From positions 1,856,001-1,920,000 of the forward strand of contig OY820579.1 in NCBI GenBank assembly GCA_963681965.1: a stretch of 64,000 bases of DNA. Direction: 5' to 3'. A program made the translations under genes and the position numbers. Below, piece by piece: positions 62,938 through 64,000 of the stretch. Source of the DNA: a bacterium (GTDB taxonomy: Bacteria; Electryoneota; JAOADG01). Position 1 is the stretch's first letter; each line of letters begins with the position of its first letter. A model generated the notes under the pieces. The model worked only from the letters and a program-made list of their open reading frames with translations, ran no database searches and was not told where the DNA came from.

Positions 62938-64000
62938 TTGAGTGCCGGTGAAACTCTCAATTTATTGAATACAATCGCAGAAGAATTAGTATTGCTTGAT
63001 ATGCGCAACTTACACGAGGTTGCGAAATTCTTGTCTATTTTTGAGCAATTGCGTGATAACACCAAGAATACTTTTCCCAATACATCGGAAGTCGCGAAAC
63101 AAGCAATCATATCTTTGGAACGATATTTATTGGCAGACATGGATAAAGCCGTTCGGGTAACTCCCGAGGAAATTACCGATCGGATGTCCGGATTGATTAC
63201 GCTGCTTCAAACTCATCTAAGCACCAATAGCGACATTCCAAAAGAGAATGCATATTTCGAGCAAACCGATAATGATTCCAACGATGCAATTTCACCACTG
63301 AATCCCGATCAGCAGATTTTTCTTTCAGCACAAATCGAAACCCTCGATCAGTTATCTGCAAAAATTAACCTTTTATCAACACCAATCTCCGAAACTGAAT
63401 TACTTACCATTCAGGAATATTTTTCCAATTTGCGTGAAGATGCCGGAATTGCTGGGTTTACCGAATTTGCACGAATCGGATCTATTTTCGAAAATCGGTT
63501 CAATCCATCGATCGATAGTAAATCGATTAAAACGGTAATGCTCGATCTAATCGAATGGTTGAAGCAATCAGTTGCTGAACTATTAAATGGCAAACCACTC
63601 TCGTTTCCAGTTGAGATTCTGTTGGAATCGATCGATCAGCAACTCGCCAACCAAGATAAAGAAATGACTGCATTCGAAACACCTGATCGATCAACCCCGG
63701 TGTCTATTCAAGAACCAATCGAAATTCCGCAGGTAGTAAAGTCGAATAGTATCGCTCAACCTGATGAACCCAAAGTACCGCAATCACCGACGTTGCATCC
63801 AGCGCAAGAGGCAATGGGCGAGAAACCCCTTTCGGATCTTGCCGATCACGATATGATCCGTGATTTTATCAATGAGGCTTCGGAACATTTGAGTTCGGCG
63901 GAAGAAAAATTGCTTGAACTTGAGCAAAATCCGAACAACGCCGAAGCAATTAATACCGTCTTTCGCGCCTTTCATACTCTTAAAGGAGTAGCAGGTCTGT
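62938..64000 (+). CDS. cheA: Chemotaxis histidine kinase CheA, N-terminal part (runs off the window; absent from the ORF track)
   Basis: GGAGG RBS then TTG at 62938; the frame appears open to the window end and finishes with the Hpt/P1 signature FINEASEHL...INTVFRAFHTLKGVAG. Confidence 0.8.
   Translation, partial: MSAGETLNLLNTIAEELVLLDMRNLHEVAKFLSIFEQLRDNTKNTFPNTSEVAKQAIISLERYLLADMDKAVRVTPEEITDRMSGLITLLQTHLSTNSDIPKENAYFEQTDNDSNDAISPLNPDQQIFLSAQIETLDQLSAKINLLSTPISETELLTIQEYFSNLREDAGIAGFTEFARIGSIFENRFNPSIDSKSIKTVMLDLIEWLKQSVAELLNGKPLSFPVEILLESIDQQLANQDKEMTAFETPDRSTPVSIQEPIEIPQVVKSNSIAQPDEPKVPQSPTLHPAQEAMGEKPLSDLADHDMIRDFINEASEHLSSAEEKLLELEQNPNNAEAINTVFRAFHTLKGVAGL

Overview
This is a gene-dense 64-kb bacterial chromosomal segment. 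It is probably from an FCB-group lineage outside classical Bacteroidota, inferred from many secreted proteins ending in a YPNPFN...KxxLxK T9SS/FlgD-like C-terminal domain, a PorV/PorQ-family gene, McsA/McsB/ClpC and CheA. In order it carries: aconitase (5'-truncated) and icd; a ~17-kb surface locus (TonB-dependent receptor with a large acidic insertion, beta-helix lipoprotein, CTD protein, PorV/PorQ-family barrel, 1404-aa CTD protein, two lipoproteins) followed by a GT-C-like membrane protein; cspA; an NAD-dependent epimerase; an alternative complex III operon (actABCDEF); a ~14.6-kb accessory block bounded by two inverted paralogous SBBP/beta-propeller CTD genes; an rsbV-rsbU-rsbW-lolE-lolD-mcsA-mcsB-clpC cluster; three parvulin/SurA-type genes; a beta-barrel protein; malic enzyme; and a 3'-truncated cheA. 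The most unusual signal is a set of more than ten different GTAG/GGAG-tagged REP-like palindromes. They form mixed intergenic arrays and are also inserted in frame at three matching positions in the N-terminal domain of both SBBP paralogues, creating variable peptide loops. No RAYT transposase, CRISPR array, tRNA or rRNA was seen. All counts and identities were made by eye.
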